A stretch of 64,000 bases of DNA from Abditibacterium sp. (lineage in GTDB: Bacteria > Armatimonadota > Abditibacteriia > Abditibacteriales > Abditibacteriaceae), in contig CBDASK010000003.1 of NCBI GenBank assembly GCA_965199495.1, forward strand, positions 1,984,001-2,048,000. The letters run 5' to 3'. Both the position numbers and the translations under genes were made by a program. Below are positions 28,410-38,022 of this stretch, piece by piece (position 1 is the stretch's first letter; each line of letters starts with the position of its first letter). Below the pieces are notes generated by a model. It searched no databases. It had not been told where the DNA came from and saw only the letters and a list, made by a program, of their open reading frames with translations.

Positions 28410-30244
28410 CAGCCGACCGCCGCCGCGCCTTTCAAGCGCGCGACATTGCTTTTGGCTTCGTCGTGATCAGGCGCCAAATCGAGCGCCTTTTGATAATTGT
28501 CGAGCGCGCCCGCGCGGTCGCCTTTGGCTTCGAGAACCACGCCCAAATCGTTATAGGCGTTGGCGTTTTTCGGATAGGCTGCAATGATGGCGCGATAAGC
28601 CGCTTCGGAACCGGCGTAATCCTTCATGTTATAGAGCGCGCGGCCCAGACCCGAACGCGCTTCGGTGTCGGCGGGCGTGAGCGCCAGCAATTTGCGATAT
28701 TCGTCGGCGGCCTCTTTATATTTCGCCTGCGCCAACAAGTTGGAAGCGATGCCCGAACGCGCCGTCGCGAGACGTGCTTCGAGAGCTTTGCGGTCGGCAA
28801 TATTGGCGCCGCGCGAAGCGGCGGCGGCAGCGGTCGCCAGCTTTTGCCACTCGTCGGTGGACATATCGAGCTTGTTTTGCGCCGCCAAAACAATCGCCAG
28901 ATTGGTGCGCGCGTCGTAGAAATCGGGATCCAAAACCAACGCTTCGTTGAATTTGGCGACGGCTTCGTCGAAGCGCCCGCGCTTGAAATAGATGCGCCCG
29001 ACATTGTTTTTGGTCGCGGCGTCGTTGGGTTTGAGCTTTTCGGCGGCGCCGTATTGTTCCAGCGCCTCGTCAAATTTCGACGAGTAATCGAGAGCCACGC
29101 CCAGGTTGAAGCGCCCGGTAAAATCGTCGCCGCGCACATTGACGTAGCGGCGCAAAGCCGCCGCCGCGTCGCTATAATTGTTGCTGCGCAGATGAATATC
29201 GCCGATTTGTAACAGCGCCGCCGCGTTGTTGGGATTGACGTTCAACAGTTCACGTAGCGCGGCTAAAGCGTCGTCGCGGCGCCCGTTGTTCAGCAGAATC
29301 AGCGCGAATTTAAAGCGATAATTTTCGTTTTTCGGGTCGAGCGCGATGGCGCGTTTGTAGGCGCCCAATGCGCTACTTGAATTTCCGGTGCGGTCGTAGG
29401 CTTCGCCCAAACCCTCTTCGATGGCGGCATCGTTGGGATTTTTGGCTTCCAAAAGTTTCAGATGTGGCAACGCATCGGCGAACTGGTCGCTCGAAAGCAA
29501 CGCGAAGGCCAGATTGTAACGCGCGTCGTAATAATCGGGCTGAAGTTTGAGCGCCTCTTCAAAAGCGGTGCGCGCGGGCGCATTCTCGCTTTTGTTCCAG
29601 CGCGCGAAACCGATGTTATTGAGCAGTTGCGCGCGGGCAGCCACGTCGAGGTTCTTGCCGTTGTCCTGCGCCGATTGCAGCGCGGTCAAGGCGCCGTCCC
29701 AGTTTTTCTGTTGCAAACGCACGTAGCCCAGAAATGAAAACGCGCCCGCATCATTGGGCGAAAGCATCGCCGCGCGACCAAACGACGCTTCGGCGGCGTT
29801 CCAATCGCTATTTTTAATCGCGGTCAGTCCCGCATTATAAGCCAGCGTCGCCTCGCGCAAACGCGTGGCGTCGTCCATATTGGCCGCATCGGGCGGCGGC
29901 GCAATCGTCGTTGCGGGCGGCGGCGTTGCGGGCGGCGTCGTTGCGGGCGGCGTCGTTGCGGGCGGCGGCGTTGCGGGCGGCGTTGTCGCGGGCGGCGTTG
30001 TCGCGGGCAGCGTTGTCGCGGGCGGCGTTGTCGCGGGCGGCGTCTCCACTTGAACGTTGGCGGGCGGCGTGGCTGGTGTTGTCGCGGGTGCAGTCGGCGC
30101 AGGCGGCGCAGGCGGCGTCGGTGGCGCCGGTGGTTTGGCGGGCGCGGTCGGTGGCGGCGGAACCGGCCCCAGTGAGGGGTCTTGCGCGCGGGCGGTCAAA
30201 GGAATCAGAGCCGAAAAGCTCAGCAGCAGCAGCGTTTTTTTCAT
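28409..30244 (-). CDS. Secreted TPR-repeat protein with Pro/Thr-rich N-terminal linker
   Basis: Signal peptide MKKTLLLL..ARA|Q; many TPR units (e.g. YDARYNLAFAL, NAYNDLGVVL). Confidence 0.88.
   Translation of the reverse strand: MKKTLLLLSFSALIPLTARAQDPSLGPVPPPPTAPAKPPAPPTPPAPPAPTAPATTPATPPANVQVETPPATTPPATTLPATTPPATTPPATPPPATTPPATTPPATPPPATTIAPPPDAANMDDATRLREATLAYNAGLTAIKNSDWNAAEASFGRAAMLSPNDAGAFSFLGYVRLQQKNWDGALTALQSAQDNGKNLDVAARAQLLNNIGFARWNKSENAPARTAFEEALKLQPDYYDARYNLAFALLSSDQFADALPHLKLLEAKNPNDAAIEEGLGEAYDRTGNSSSALGAYKRAIALDPKNENYRFKFALILLNNGRRDDALAALRELLNVNPNNAAALLQIGDIHLRSNNYSDAAAALRRYVNVRGDDFTGRFNLGVALDYSSKFDEALEQYGAAEKLKPNDAATKNNVGRIYFKRGRFDEAVAKFNEALVLDPDFYDARTNLAIVLAAQNKLDMSTDEWQKLATAAAAASRGANIADRKALEARLATARSGIASNLLAQAKYKEAADEYRKLLALTPADTEARSGLGRALYNMKDYAGSEAAYRAIIAAYPKNANAYNDLGVVLEAKGDRAGALDNYQKALDLAPDHDEAKSNVARLKGAAAVG
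29906..30046 (-). repeat. Coding tandem repeat (about 15-bp units; TTPPA/TPPPA)
   Basis: Repeated GTTGCGGGCGGCGTC / GTCGCGGGCGGCGTT units. Confidence 0.8.
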
Positions 30245-30277
30245 ACGGAACACGGGAAGGAAAAATCAAAAGAAAAC

Positions 30278-30297
30278 GGCGAATCGCACGATTCGCC
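30278..30297 (-). terminator. Probable intrinsic terminator
   Basis: GGCGAATCG/CGATTCGCC stem followed by TTTTCTTTT on the minus strand. Confidence 0.55.
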
Positions 30298-30378
30298 AGA
30301 CTTTCGATGTTTTTAAACCAGAGAAGTTTTAACGCTTTGAGCCAATCACTGCATCATTGCGCTTGATAATTCTTACAT

Positions 30379-31689
30379 TTAGCCCACTTCATCGAACCGC
30401 AAAACCAAGGTTTCGCCTTCGACATCCACGTTTAATTCCGAGTGAAGCCTGTATTCTCGGCCCCCACACGTCACTTTTTCGCGCGCGCGCTTGAGCAAAT
30501 CGGTGCGTAGCGTCAGCCACGTCCAAGAGGGCAAAATTTTGTGCTGTTGCCATTGTCCGTCCATTTCATACGAGACGACGACGTTGCCGCGATCCTGCAA
30601 CCGAATCGCGGGCAGTTTCCCTTGAATCGCGTGCAGCAAAATATCGTTGACCAAACGGATGGCGGGCGCTTCCCATATTGGCGTGACGCCGCGTTTCTTA
30701 TCATCGTCCTCTCTACGCCGCTTTTGTCTGTCATTCCATTTGTCGAAAGCGAAAGGCGCGGCAAAAACCAGCGCGCCCGTGCCTAAAACCGGCCAACGTG
30801 CGCGGCGCGGCCACCAACCGCTCGACGACAAAACGGCGAATCCCGCGAACATCAGCGCCGCAAGAATCTGGTGTTTCCTATCGCGCGCCGCATTTTGCCC
30901 TCGTAAATCCGCGCCACAATTCCAGCACCAAACCGCATCGGGCGGTTTCTCTTCGCGACACTGCAAACATTGGACATCGGGCAGATCATCGAAACGCAAA
31001 GCGCCCATGGCTGCTTCGAGCGGCGCGCTTTCAAACTGAAATCGCAGCGTTTCGCCCTGCACATCCGTTTCCAATTGCGCGCGAAAATCGCTTAATTTCA
31101 ACGAATTGCGATGATTTCCCAATTCATACTCCGAAGACTCCAACTTAAATTCGCCTTGCCGCGCATAACGCAAAAGCTGTTGGCGTAGCGGCTTCCACAC
31201 GTAAAGCGGGATTTTCATCTGCTCGCGCCACTCGTTCTCGATTTGATAACAAACCCGAATACCCCGGCCTTTTTCCTCGATGCGCGTGGTCATGGCTTTA
31301 TCTCGCCACGCGTAATAAAGAATGGTTTCGGCGATTCTCACCGAAGGCGACCTTTCGCCTTCACGATTTATCGCGTCGTCGGTTTTATCTTTGGCGAAAC
31401 GATTTTTCAAAATATCGATCAACATCGGCCCGAAAAGAGCGCTCGCACTCGCGCCCAAAACCGGCAGACGCATTCTGCGCGGCAACCAACCGCTGGCGGT
31501 TGACGCCACAATCGCCATGTAAGGCACGGCATCGGAAAGCCGCTTTTTCACTTTTTCGCCCGTCGAATTTTCAGCTTTGGGCACCGGCGCGCTCGCTCTT
31601 CCAGCGCCCAGCGGCGTGTAGCACGCCCAACACATCACGGCATCGGCGAGGTTTTCTTCGCCGCATTTCGGGCAATTTTGCGTTTTCAT
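30379..31689 (-). CDS. Internally duplicated protein: 2 x [zinc ribbon - TM hairpin - PilB/GspE N2-like domain], no ATPase
   Basis: CPKC..CWAC and CLQC..CWNC; SGW[LW]PRR.R.PVLG twice; SPSVRIAETILYYA and APAIRLVNDILLHA; both halves end in DV.GETL...F[ED]. Confidence 0.7.
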   Translation of the reverse strand: MKTQNCPKCGEENLADAVMCWACYTPLGAGRASAPVPKAENSTGEKVKKRLSDAVPYMAIVASTASGWLPRRMRLPVLGASASALFGPMLIDILKNRFAKDKTDDAINREGERSPSVRIAETILYYAWRDKAMTTRIEEKGRGIRVCYQIENEWREQMKIPLYVWKPLRQQLLRYARQGEFKLESSEYELGNHRNSLKLSDFRAQLETDVQGETLRFQFESAPLEAAMGALRFDDLPDVQCLQCREEKPPDAVWCWNCGADLRGQNAARDRKHQILAALMFAGFAVLSSSGWWPRRARWPVLGTGALVFAAPFAFDKWNDRQKRRREDDDKKRGVTPIWEAPAIRLVNDILLHAIQGKLPAIRLQDRGNVVVSYEMDGQWQQHKILPSWTWLTLRTDLLKRAREKVTCGGREYRLHSELNVDVEGETLVLRFDEVG

Positions 31690-31833
31690 TGATAAAGTCT
31701 ACCCACGCGAAATCGCGCTTAAACCGCAAGCGAGCATTTGCCGACAGTTCTCCGCTCAACATTGTGCGAGGAACAATACCAAAGCGCGCGAGGTCAAACT
31801 GCGCGCGTTTTGATTTTCAGCGCCCAATTACCC

Positions 31834-34230
31834 ATGAAACTTTCCTTCGTCGGCCCAATACTCGCGGCCTTGATTTTGGCGACCAGCGCCGCCAACGCGC
31901 GCGCCGATGAAGTTCAATTGCCCAGTTCGGCCAGTGCGCCGACAACAGCAGCCACGGCGGTGGCGTTGCCCGGCGTTCATTGCGTTTTGCGCACCGCCAA
32001 CGGTCAAACGCAATTTCGACGCGGCGAAACGATTCATCTCGTCGCCAGCTTTACCAGCGACCGGCCCGGCTACAAAATCACCCGTTTCGTGCGCGATGAT
32101 CGTGGCATGGCCACGCTGGGCGCGGTCAAAGTGACGCCCGCCGATGGCGTCACCGACCCGATTGGCGAATTGCCGCCGCCCACTTTTTTGGCAATCGCGG
32201 GCTATGTTCCGCCGCCCGTCGCGCTGGGCGAAAAACCGGTCGAGTTTCCGTTTGTGCTTAACGATTGGGCGCGCTTCGATAAAACCGGCGTTTATCAAGT
32301 CACGCTGACGACATCGCGCGTTTTCGTCGCCAAACCCGACGACCGCAAAAATCAGGCGGGCCTGTTATTCAATTCCAGTTTCAGCGCGTCAATTACGTCG
32401 CAGCCGTTGCAAATCGAAATCACGCCCGCCGACGAAGCGTGGGCCAACGAGCAAATCGAAATCACGCGCGAATTTTGGCGCCAACAGGCGAGTTCATCGC
32501 GTTACGCCGAAATAAAGCCGCCACAAAACGACATCAGTTTTCTGGGCACGCGCGCGGCGATGACGGCGATCATCGAGCATCTGAGCCATAACCCGCAACC
32601 GCGCGAGTCGGATTACGAAACCCACCTGTTTCGCACCGGTTTCATCGGATTTCCCGACCGCGACTGGCTGATTGGCGCAATGAAACGCGCCCTCGCCCAG
32701 CCGAATTACGCGGTCACGACGGGATTTTTCGATTTATTGACCGATCTGCAAAGCCTGAAAAACGCGCCGCGCCCGGCGGGCGCCGATGCGAATTTTGTCG
32801 GTTCCAAAAAGGATGCGCAGGGCAACTACGAAAAAGACGCACAGGGCCACTACATTCCAGCCACGCCGACGCCCGCGCAACAGTTGCAGATCGATTGGGA
32901 AAAGCGCCGCGCCGCCGCGCGTAATGCCGCGCAAAAAAGCGATTGGCTACAAATCACGGCGGCGACTCCAGCCAAAACCGCCGCGCCGCGCGCGATGACG
33001 CTGCACACTTTGCTCGGATTGGCGTGGCAGGGCAACTTGGAAAAAGAGCCGCAAATCAAAGCCCAATTGCCGCAGTTAGTCGCGCAACTCGCGCCGATTT
33101 TCGACCAGTTGCCCTCGCCCGCGCGCGCTAATTTGCTGGGCTATCAATGGGACAAAATCAAAAGTCCGGCGTTTGTGCCCGCACTGCAACGCTCGCGCCA
33201 GTTGCCGATTGACAAAAACGATTACGACGCCAAAGACGCCAACGATTTGGCGCTCAAGCGGTTGGCCGAAATCGCGCCTCAAGTCGGGCGCGCGCAGCTC
33301 ATCGCGCAAATCAAAAGTCCCAAACCAAGCGTCAATTTTGAGACGCTGAGCAGTTTGCCCGACGCGACTTTGCCCGCCTTGGACGATGCGCTGGCGGCCA
33401 ATTACGAGAATTCGGACAGCGAAATTTCGGCGCGTCTGATCGAGCGTTATGCCAGCGCCGCGATTTTGCCGCGCGTCAGAGCGCATTACGAAAGTTCGAG
33501 CGACCGTTTGGGTTACGGGAGTTTGCCAGCGATTCTCGCGTATTTCGTGCGCGTCAATCCCGGTTATGGTATTCCCAAAGTCGCGGTGCAGGCGCGCATT
33601 TTCGGAAAACGCGATGCTTACAGCTCGCTGCTGTTGGACGTGGCTACTCTGCAAAGCGACCCGCGACTCGAAAGCGTGGCGATTGCCAACTTGACCAATG
33701 CGGGCGAGGGCAGCGCCACCGACGCCGCGCAAACACTGGGGCGCATCGGTTCGCCCGCCGCAGAAGGCGCGTTGCTCGCGCGCCTGAAGAACACCAGCGA
33801 CGCCAAATATCCCAGAGTGCGCGGCCACATCGAATGGCGCGTCGTTGAGGCGCTGGCGGGAGGCCAGGGCTGGCTATGCCCGCCCGCCGAACTGCGCCAA
33901 ATTCGCGCGCTGTGCCTGACCGAGCAGGGCCGCAACACTGCCGATGATTATCTGCAACGGCGCGACAACCAAAAAGAAGGCGAGCCGCTGCACCTCGACT
34001 ATTCGCCGGACGGTTACTGGGGCGCCGACGGTTACAACGGGCGCGGCATGAACAGTTTCCGCGCCAAACTGGCGCAATTCCCGCGCGGCACGACGTTTAG
34101 ATGGCAAAAACTCGGCTCCGGCCCCGCCGCCGACCAAGCGTTTGAAACGACCAGACAATGGGCGGCGGCGCGTGGCTTGAAAATCGAGGCAGACAAATCG
34201 GCTCCACTGTCGCAATTTTTCGGCAACTAA
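31834..34230 (+). CDS. Large secreted hypothetical protein with HEAT-like repeats
   Basis: ATG at 31834; signal peptide ..ARA|DE; helical C-terminal half including AAQTLGRIGSPAAEGALLARL. Confidence 0.7.
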   Translation: MKLSFVGPILAALILATSAANARADEVQLPSSASAPTTAATAVALPGVHCVLRTANGQTQFRRGETIHLVASFTSDRPGYKITRFVRDDRGMATLGAVKVTPADGVTDPIGELPPPTFLAIAGYVPPPVALGEKPVEFPFVLNDWARFDKTGVYQVTLTTSRVFVAKPDDRKNQAGLLFNSSFSASITSQPLQIEITPADEAWANEQIEITREFWRQQASSSRYAEIKPPQNDISFLGTRAAMTAIIEHLSHNPQPRESDYETHLFRTGFIGFPDRDWLIGAMKRALAQPNYAVTTGFFDLLTDLQSLKNAPRPAGADANFVGSKKDAQGNYEKDAQGHYIPATPTPAQQLQIDWEKRRAAARNAAQKSDWLQITAATPAKTAAPRAMTLHTLLGLAWQGNLEKEPQIKAQLPQLVAQLAPIFDQLPSPARANLLGYQWDKIKSPAFVPALQRSRQLPIDKNDYDAKDANDLALKRLAEIAPQVGRAQLIAQIKSPKPSVNFETLSSLPDATLPALDDALAANYENSDSEISARLIERYASAAILPRVRAHYESSSDRLGYGSLPAILAYFVRVNPGYGIPKVAVQARIFGKRDAYSSLLLDVATLQSDPRLESVAIANLTNAGEGSATDAAQTLGRIGSPAAEGALLARLKNTSDAKYPRVRGHIEWRVVEALAGGQGWLCPPAELRQIRALCLTEQGRNTADDYLQRRDNQKEGEPLHLDYSPDGYWGADGYNGRGMNSFRAKLAQFPRGTTFRWQKLGSGPAADQAFETTRQWAAARGLKIEADKSAPLSQFFGN

Positions 34231-34249
34231 AATGGCCTGAGCGCAAAAA

Positions 34250-34275
34250 GGGACGCCGACAAAAGTCAGCGTCCC
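34250..34275. terminator. Terminator between convergent genes
   Basis: GGGACGCCGAC-AAAA-GTCAGCGTCCC preceded by an A tract. Confidence 0.6.
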
Positions 34276-34294
34276 GTTCCGCTTTTCCAACCGC

Positions 34295-36322
34295 TTAATT
34301 CACCCCAACTTCCACTTGCTTCGCCACTTTCCCGCCGCCGTGGCTGCCGTTGGCGCCCGCGTTGGGCGCGACTTTTTCCAACCGCGCGCGCAACGTTTTC
34401 TCGATGCCGTTTTCGTCCAATCCCAATTCGGCGCGCTGAATAGCGGGCGACGCGTGATGAATAAAATGATCGGGAATGCCAATGATTTCGACGGGCACCA
34501 AAATTTCGTTTTGCGCCAGACATTCCAAAACCGCCGAACCAAATCCGCCCTGTTTCGCGTTCTCTTCGATGGTAATCAAACGTTGGCTACGGCGCGCCAA
34601 ATCGCAGATCGTTGCCTCGTCGAGAGGCTTAACAAATCGTGCATTGAGCAAAGCGACGCGGCGCCCTTCGGCGCGCAATTTCTCGACGGCGGGCCGCGCC
34701 ATCAAAACGCTGTAACCGATGGCCAAAACCGCGACTTCGGGATTTTCGTCGTCCAACAAAATTTCGGATTTGCCAATTTCCAGTGGCTCAATCGGGCCGC
34801 TCAAATCCACGCCGATGCCGACGCCGCGAGGATAACGCACGGCGGTCGGGCCATCAACCGTGAAGCACGCTTTGAGCATCGAGCGCAGTTCGTTCTCGTC
34901 TTTGGGCGCCATCACGACCATATTGGGAATGCCGCGCAAATAGGTAAAATCGAACACGCCTTGATGCGTCGCGCCGTCTTCGCCGACCAAGCCACCGCGA
35001 TCCAAGGCAAACGTCACGGGCAAACCTTGCGGGCGATGCTGACAGACATCATGCACGATTTGATCATAGGCGCGCTGCATAAACGTCGAATAAATCGTGA
35101 CGACCGGATGCAAACCGCGCAGCGCCAATCCCGACGCGAACGTCACGGCGTGTTCTTCGGTCATGCCAACATCGAAGCCGCGCTTGGGGAAACGCTCGAT
35201 AAATTGGTCAATGCCAGTTCCGCCCGCCATCGCGGCGGTGATGGCGACGATTTTTTCGTTTTCTTCGGCCAATTCGCACAAGGTATCGGCGAAAACCTGC
35301 GTGTAAGACGGCGCCTTTTTGGGCGCAACCAATTTCGCGCTGTCTTCTTGCAACGAATCTTTGGGCGCTCCGTTCGCTTCGACTTTGACGGGGCCAAAAC
35401 CAGCTTTTTCCAGTTCGGCGGGCGTGGCCGCGTGCCATTTGACCTGACCGTCGGGCTTTTCGGCTTTCTCGAAACCTTTGCCTTTCACCGTCACCGTATG
35501 AATCAGAACCGGCCCATTAAAATCGCGTGCGGTTTTGAATGCCTGAATCAATTCCGAATAATTATGGCCGTTAATCGGGCCGAGATAATGATAGCCCAAT
35601 TCTTCAAACCACATTCCCGGCACAACCATCGATTTGACGCCCGCGCGCAGTTTCTGGCCGACTTCGAGAACCAATTCGCCGCCGGGCAATTTCTCGAAGA
35701 CTTTTTCTAAATTCTGGCGCGTGTTGCGATAAACCGGATCAGTGCGCACGCGGCGCAGATAATTATTCATTGACGAGTTGTTGTGGCTGATGCCCATCTC
35801 GTTATCATTGAGAACAATGATAATTTTGCGGCCCGAATGTCCGGCCTGATGCAAACCTTCCTGCGCCAACCCGCCGACAACCGAACCGTCGCCGATACAG
35901 GCGATGACTTCCTCTTTCTCGCCCAACAAATCGCGCGCGACGGCATAACCCAACGCCTGCGAAATCGAGGTCGAGCCGTGACCGGGATTGGTCGTATCGT
36001 ATTCCGATTCTTCGATGCGCGGAAACGGCGCGATACCATCTTTCTGGCGCAGCGTATGGAAACGGTCACGGCGTCCGGTGAGGATTTTGTGCGCGTAAGC
36101 CTGATAACCGACATCCCAGACGATTTTATCTTTGGGCGTGTTGAACACATAATGCAGCGCCACGCAGATGTCAACCGAACCCAACGGGCCGCCAAAATGA
36201 CCGCCGGTTTGCGCGATGGTGTCGATGATTTTCTTGCGGACTTCATCGGCGACTTCGGGCAGTTGGCTGGGTTTGAGCTTTTTAAGATCGGCGGGCGAAT
36301 TGATTTTATCCAAATACTTCAT
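34295..36322 (-). CDS. dxs: 1-deoxy-D-xylulose-5-phosphate synthase
   Basis: MKYLDKINSPADLK, DKIVWDVGYQAYAHKILTGR, GDGS..LNDNEM, YSTFMQRAYDQ, DGATHQG. Confidence 0.97.
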   Translation of the reverse strand: MKYLDKINSPADLKKLKPSQLPEVADEVRKKIIDTIAQTGGHFGGPLGSVDICVALHYVFNTPKDKIVWDVGYQAYAHKILTGRRDRFHTLRQKDGIAPFPRIEESEYDTTNPGHGSTSISQALGYAVARDLLGEKEEVIACIGDGSVVGGLAQEGLHQAGHSGRKIIIVLNDNEMGISHNNSSMNNYLRRVRTDPVYRNTRQNLEKVFEKLPGGELVLEVGQKLRAGVKSMVVPGMWFEELGYHYLGPINGHNYSELIQAFKTARDFNGPVLIHTVTVKGKGFEKAEKPDGQVKWHAATPAELEKAGFGPVKVEANGAPKDSLQEDSAKLVAPKKAPSYTQVFADTLCELAEENEKIVAITAAMAGGTGIDQFIERFPKRGFDVGMTEEHAVTFASGLALRGLHPVVTIYSTFMQRAYDQIVHDVCQHRPQGLPVTFALDRGGLVGEDGATHQGVFDFTYLRGIPNMVVMAPKDENELRSMLKACFTVDGPTAVRYPRGVGIGVDLSGPIEPLEIGKSEILLDDENPEVAVLAIGYSVLMARPAVEKLRAEGRRVALLNARFVKPLDEATICDLARRSQRLITIEENAKQGGFGSAVLECLAQNEILVPVEIIGIPDHFIHHASPAIQRAELGLDENGIEKTLRARLEKVAPNAGANGSHGGGKVAKQVEVGVN

Positions 36323-36427
36323 GAGAAAAGGTTTACGACGCTTTAATAAGTTTAAAAGTTCGGCGCGTGGTGCGGTGCGAATTTGTGTTGAAGGGTTGAG
36401 ACCTCGTTGGAGTTTGCGGCAGGTTTG

Positions 36428-36625
36428 ACGTTTGGCCCCCTCCCCAGCCCTCCCCCGTGCCGGGAGAGGGAGCACTGTTGAAGTCGCCGTTAGTTTTCGC
36501 AACTTGCATTGCAGTTCAAAGTCGGCACCGTCTTACGACTTTCCAAGAAAGCTCAATACCAATTGGCGTCCCGAAAAGTGCTCCCTCTCCCGGCACGGGG
36601 GAGGGCTGGGGAGGGGGCCAAACGT
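36428..36625. repeat. 49-bp perfect intergenic inverted repeat (CCCTCCCC/GGGAGAGGG family)
   Basis: Arms 36428-36476 and 36577-36625 are exact reverse complements. Confidence 0.9.
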
Positions 36626-36642
36626 TCGCTCTCCACGAAACG

Positions 36643-37548
36643 CTACTTATTGCGCGCCACCACAAACCGCGCCAACGCCCGCAATCCATCGGCTTCCGCG
36701 CCAAAACCGTTCAGTGCCAAAACCGCGCGATCACGCGCTTCGAGCGCCATCGTTTTAGCTGGCTCCAATCCGTAAAGCGCCGGAAAAGTCATCTTGTCAT
36801 TGGCGGCGTCGGTCGAGGCTTTGCCCATAATTTCCGGGTCGCCCTCGACATCCAACACATCGTCCCAAATCTGAAAAGAGCGCCCCAAATGCGCGCCATA
36901 ATCGCGCAGCGCCGCGACGTGGCTGCTCTCGCCGCCACCCAATATCGCGCCCGCTTCGGCGCTCGCCTGAAGCAAAGCGCCGGTTTTCAACGCGTGCAAA
37001 CGCCCCAACTGCGCGCCCGAAATGCGATTATCGCCCTCGAATCGCGTCCAATCGATGTCCATCGCCTGCCCGCCCGCCATACCAAGTGCGCCCGCCGCGC
37101 GCGCGACCAAAGTCACAACACCCAAATTGCCAGCGCGCGCCAACGCTTCCATCGCCAAGGTTTGCAGTGCGTCGCCCGCTAAAATTGCCATCGCGTCACC
37201 AAACTCGATGTGACAGGTCGCGCGCCCACGCCGCGTCGGCGCATCGTCCATCGCGGGCAAATCGTCGTGAATCAGCGAATACGCGTGAATCATTTCGATG
37301 GCGCACGCGGCGTCTAAAGCGGGCTGCACGTTCAAATCGCCGCCATTACCCGACGCGCGATGCACGGCGAACGCGCTTTCGAGCAATAAAAGCGGACGCG
37401 TGCGTTTGCCACCGCTCAGAGCGGCGTAGCGCATGGCGTTGGATAAAAGCGCCAATCCGCGTTCAGCATCGGGCGCGGGAGCGGGCAACCAATCGGCGAG
37501 CGCGTCTTCGATAATGGCGGGCGAATAATGCCAGGGGATTTCGTTCAT
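36643..37548 (-). CDS. ispA: Polyprenyl (farnesyl) diphosphate synthase
   Basis: GGKRTRP, EMIHAYSLIHDDLPAMDD..RRG, LKTGALL, FQIWDDVLD; lies between xseB and dxs. Confidence 0.93.
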   Translation of the reverse strand: MNEIPWHYSPAIIEDALADWLPAPAPDAERGLALLSNAMRYAALSGGKRTRPLLLLESAFAVHRASGNGGDLNVQPALDAACAIEMIHAYSLIHDDLPAMDDAPTRRGRATCHIEFGDAMAILAGDALQTLAMEALARAGNLGVVTLVARAAGALGMAGGQAMDIDWTRFEGDNRISGAQLGRLHALKTGALLQASAEAGAILGGGESSHVAALRDYGAHLGRSFQIWDDVLDVEGDPEIMGKASTDAANDKMTFPALYGLEPAKTMALEARDRAVLALNGFGAEADGLRALARFVVARNK

Positions 37549-37573
37549 AAATCGGCTATCTTGGATGGGCGGC

Positions 37574-37767
37574 GCTGCTTTCCGTAGGTTTCACCTACGG
37601 CAGAGGGCGACTTTGTCACCGGACGCGCTGCGCGCTTTCTCGTGGGCAAAATGCAACTGGTATTAATTCATCTCGCGGCAAGCATTAATTCTTCGCTTGC
37701 CGCAAGTGCGAAGCACGTCCGGCGACAAAGTCGCCCTCTGCCGTAGGTGAAACCTACGGAAAGCAGC
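37574..37767. repeat. 52-bp inverted repeat (1 mismatch) with CCGTAGGTTTCACCTACGG REP-like hairpins
   Basis: Arms 37574-37625 and 37716-37767. Confidence 0.88.
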
Positions 37768-37770
37768 ACA

Positions 37771-38022
37771 TCAATCTTCCTCTTCGCTCTCCATTTTCTC
37801 CGTGACCAACTCACCATCTTCGGTCATCACCAACTTTTCCAGCGCCAACTCCGCCTGCGCCAGAGTCGTCTCGCAACGCTTGGCCAATTCCAAACCGTGC
37901 TGCAACAATTGTAGGGATTTTTCCAACGGCACGCCGCCGCTTTCCAGCGCCGAAACCACGTTTTCCAATTCGTGCAACGCCGTCTCAAACGATTCGGGCG
38001 CGCTCACAGTTTTATCGGACAT
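37771..38022 (-). CDS. xseB: Exodeoxyribonuclease VII small subunit
   Basis: SFETALHELENVVSALESGGVPLEKSL..G.EL. Confidence 0.92.
   Translation of the reverse strand: MSDKTVSAPESFETALHELENVVSALESGGVPLEKSLQLLQHGLELAKRCETTLAQAELALEKLVMTEDGELVTEKMESEEED

Noticed and set aside
27584..29212. Long plus-strand ORF (542 aa), and similar ORFs at 18235..19464, 34316..35710 and 52142..53212
   Set aside because: Antisense shadows of better-supported minus-strand genes in high-GC DNA; no recognisable motifs
29906..30046. Tandem repeats here and at 58528-58617 as CRISPR arrays
   Set aside because: Contiguous in-frame coding repeats without spacers; no cas genes
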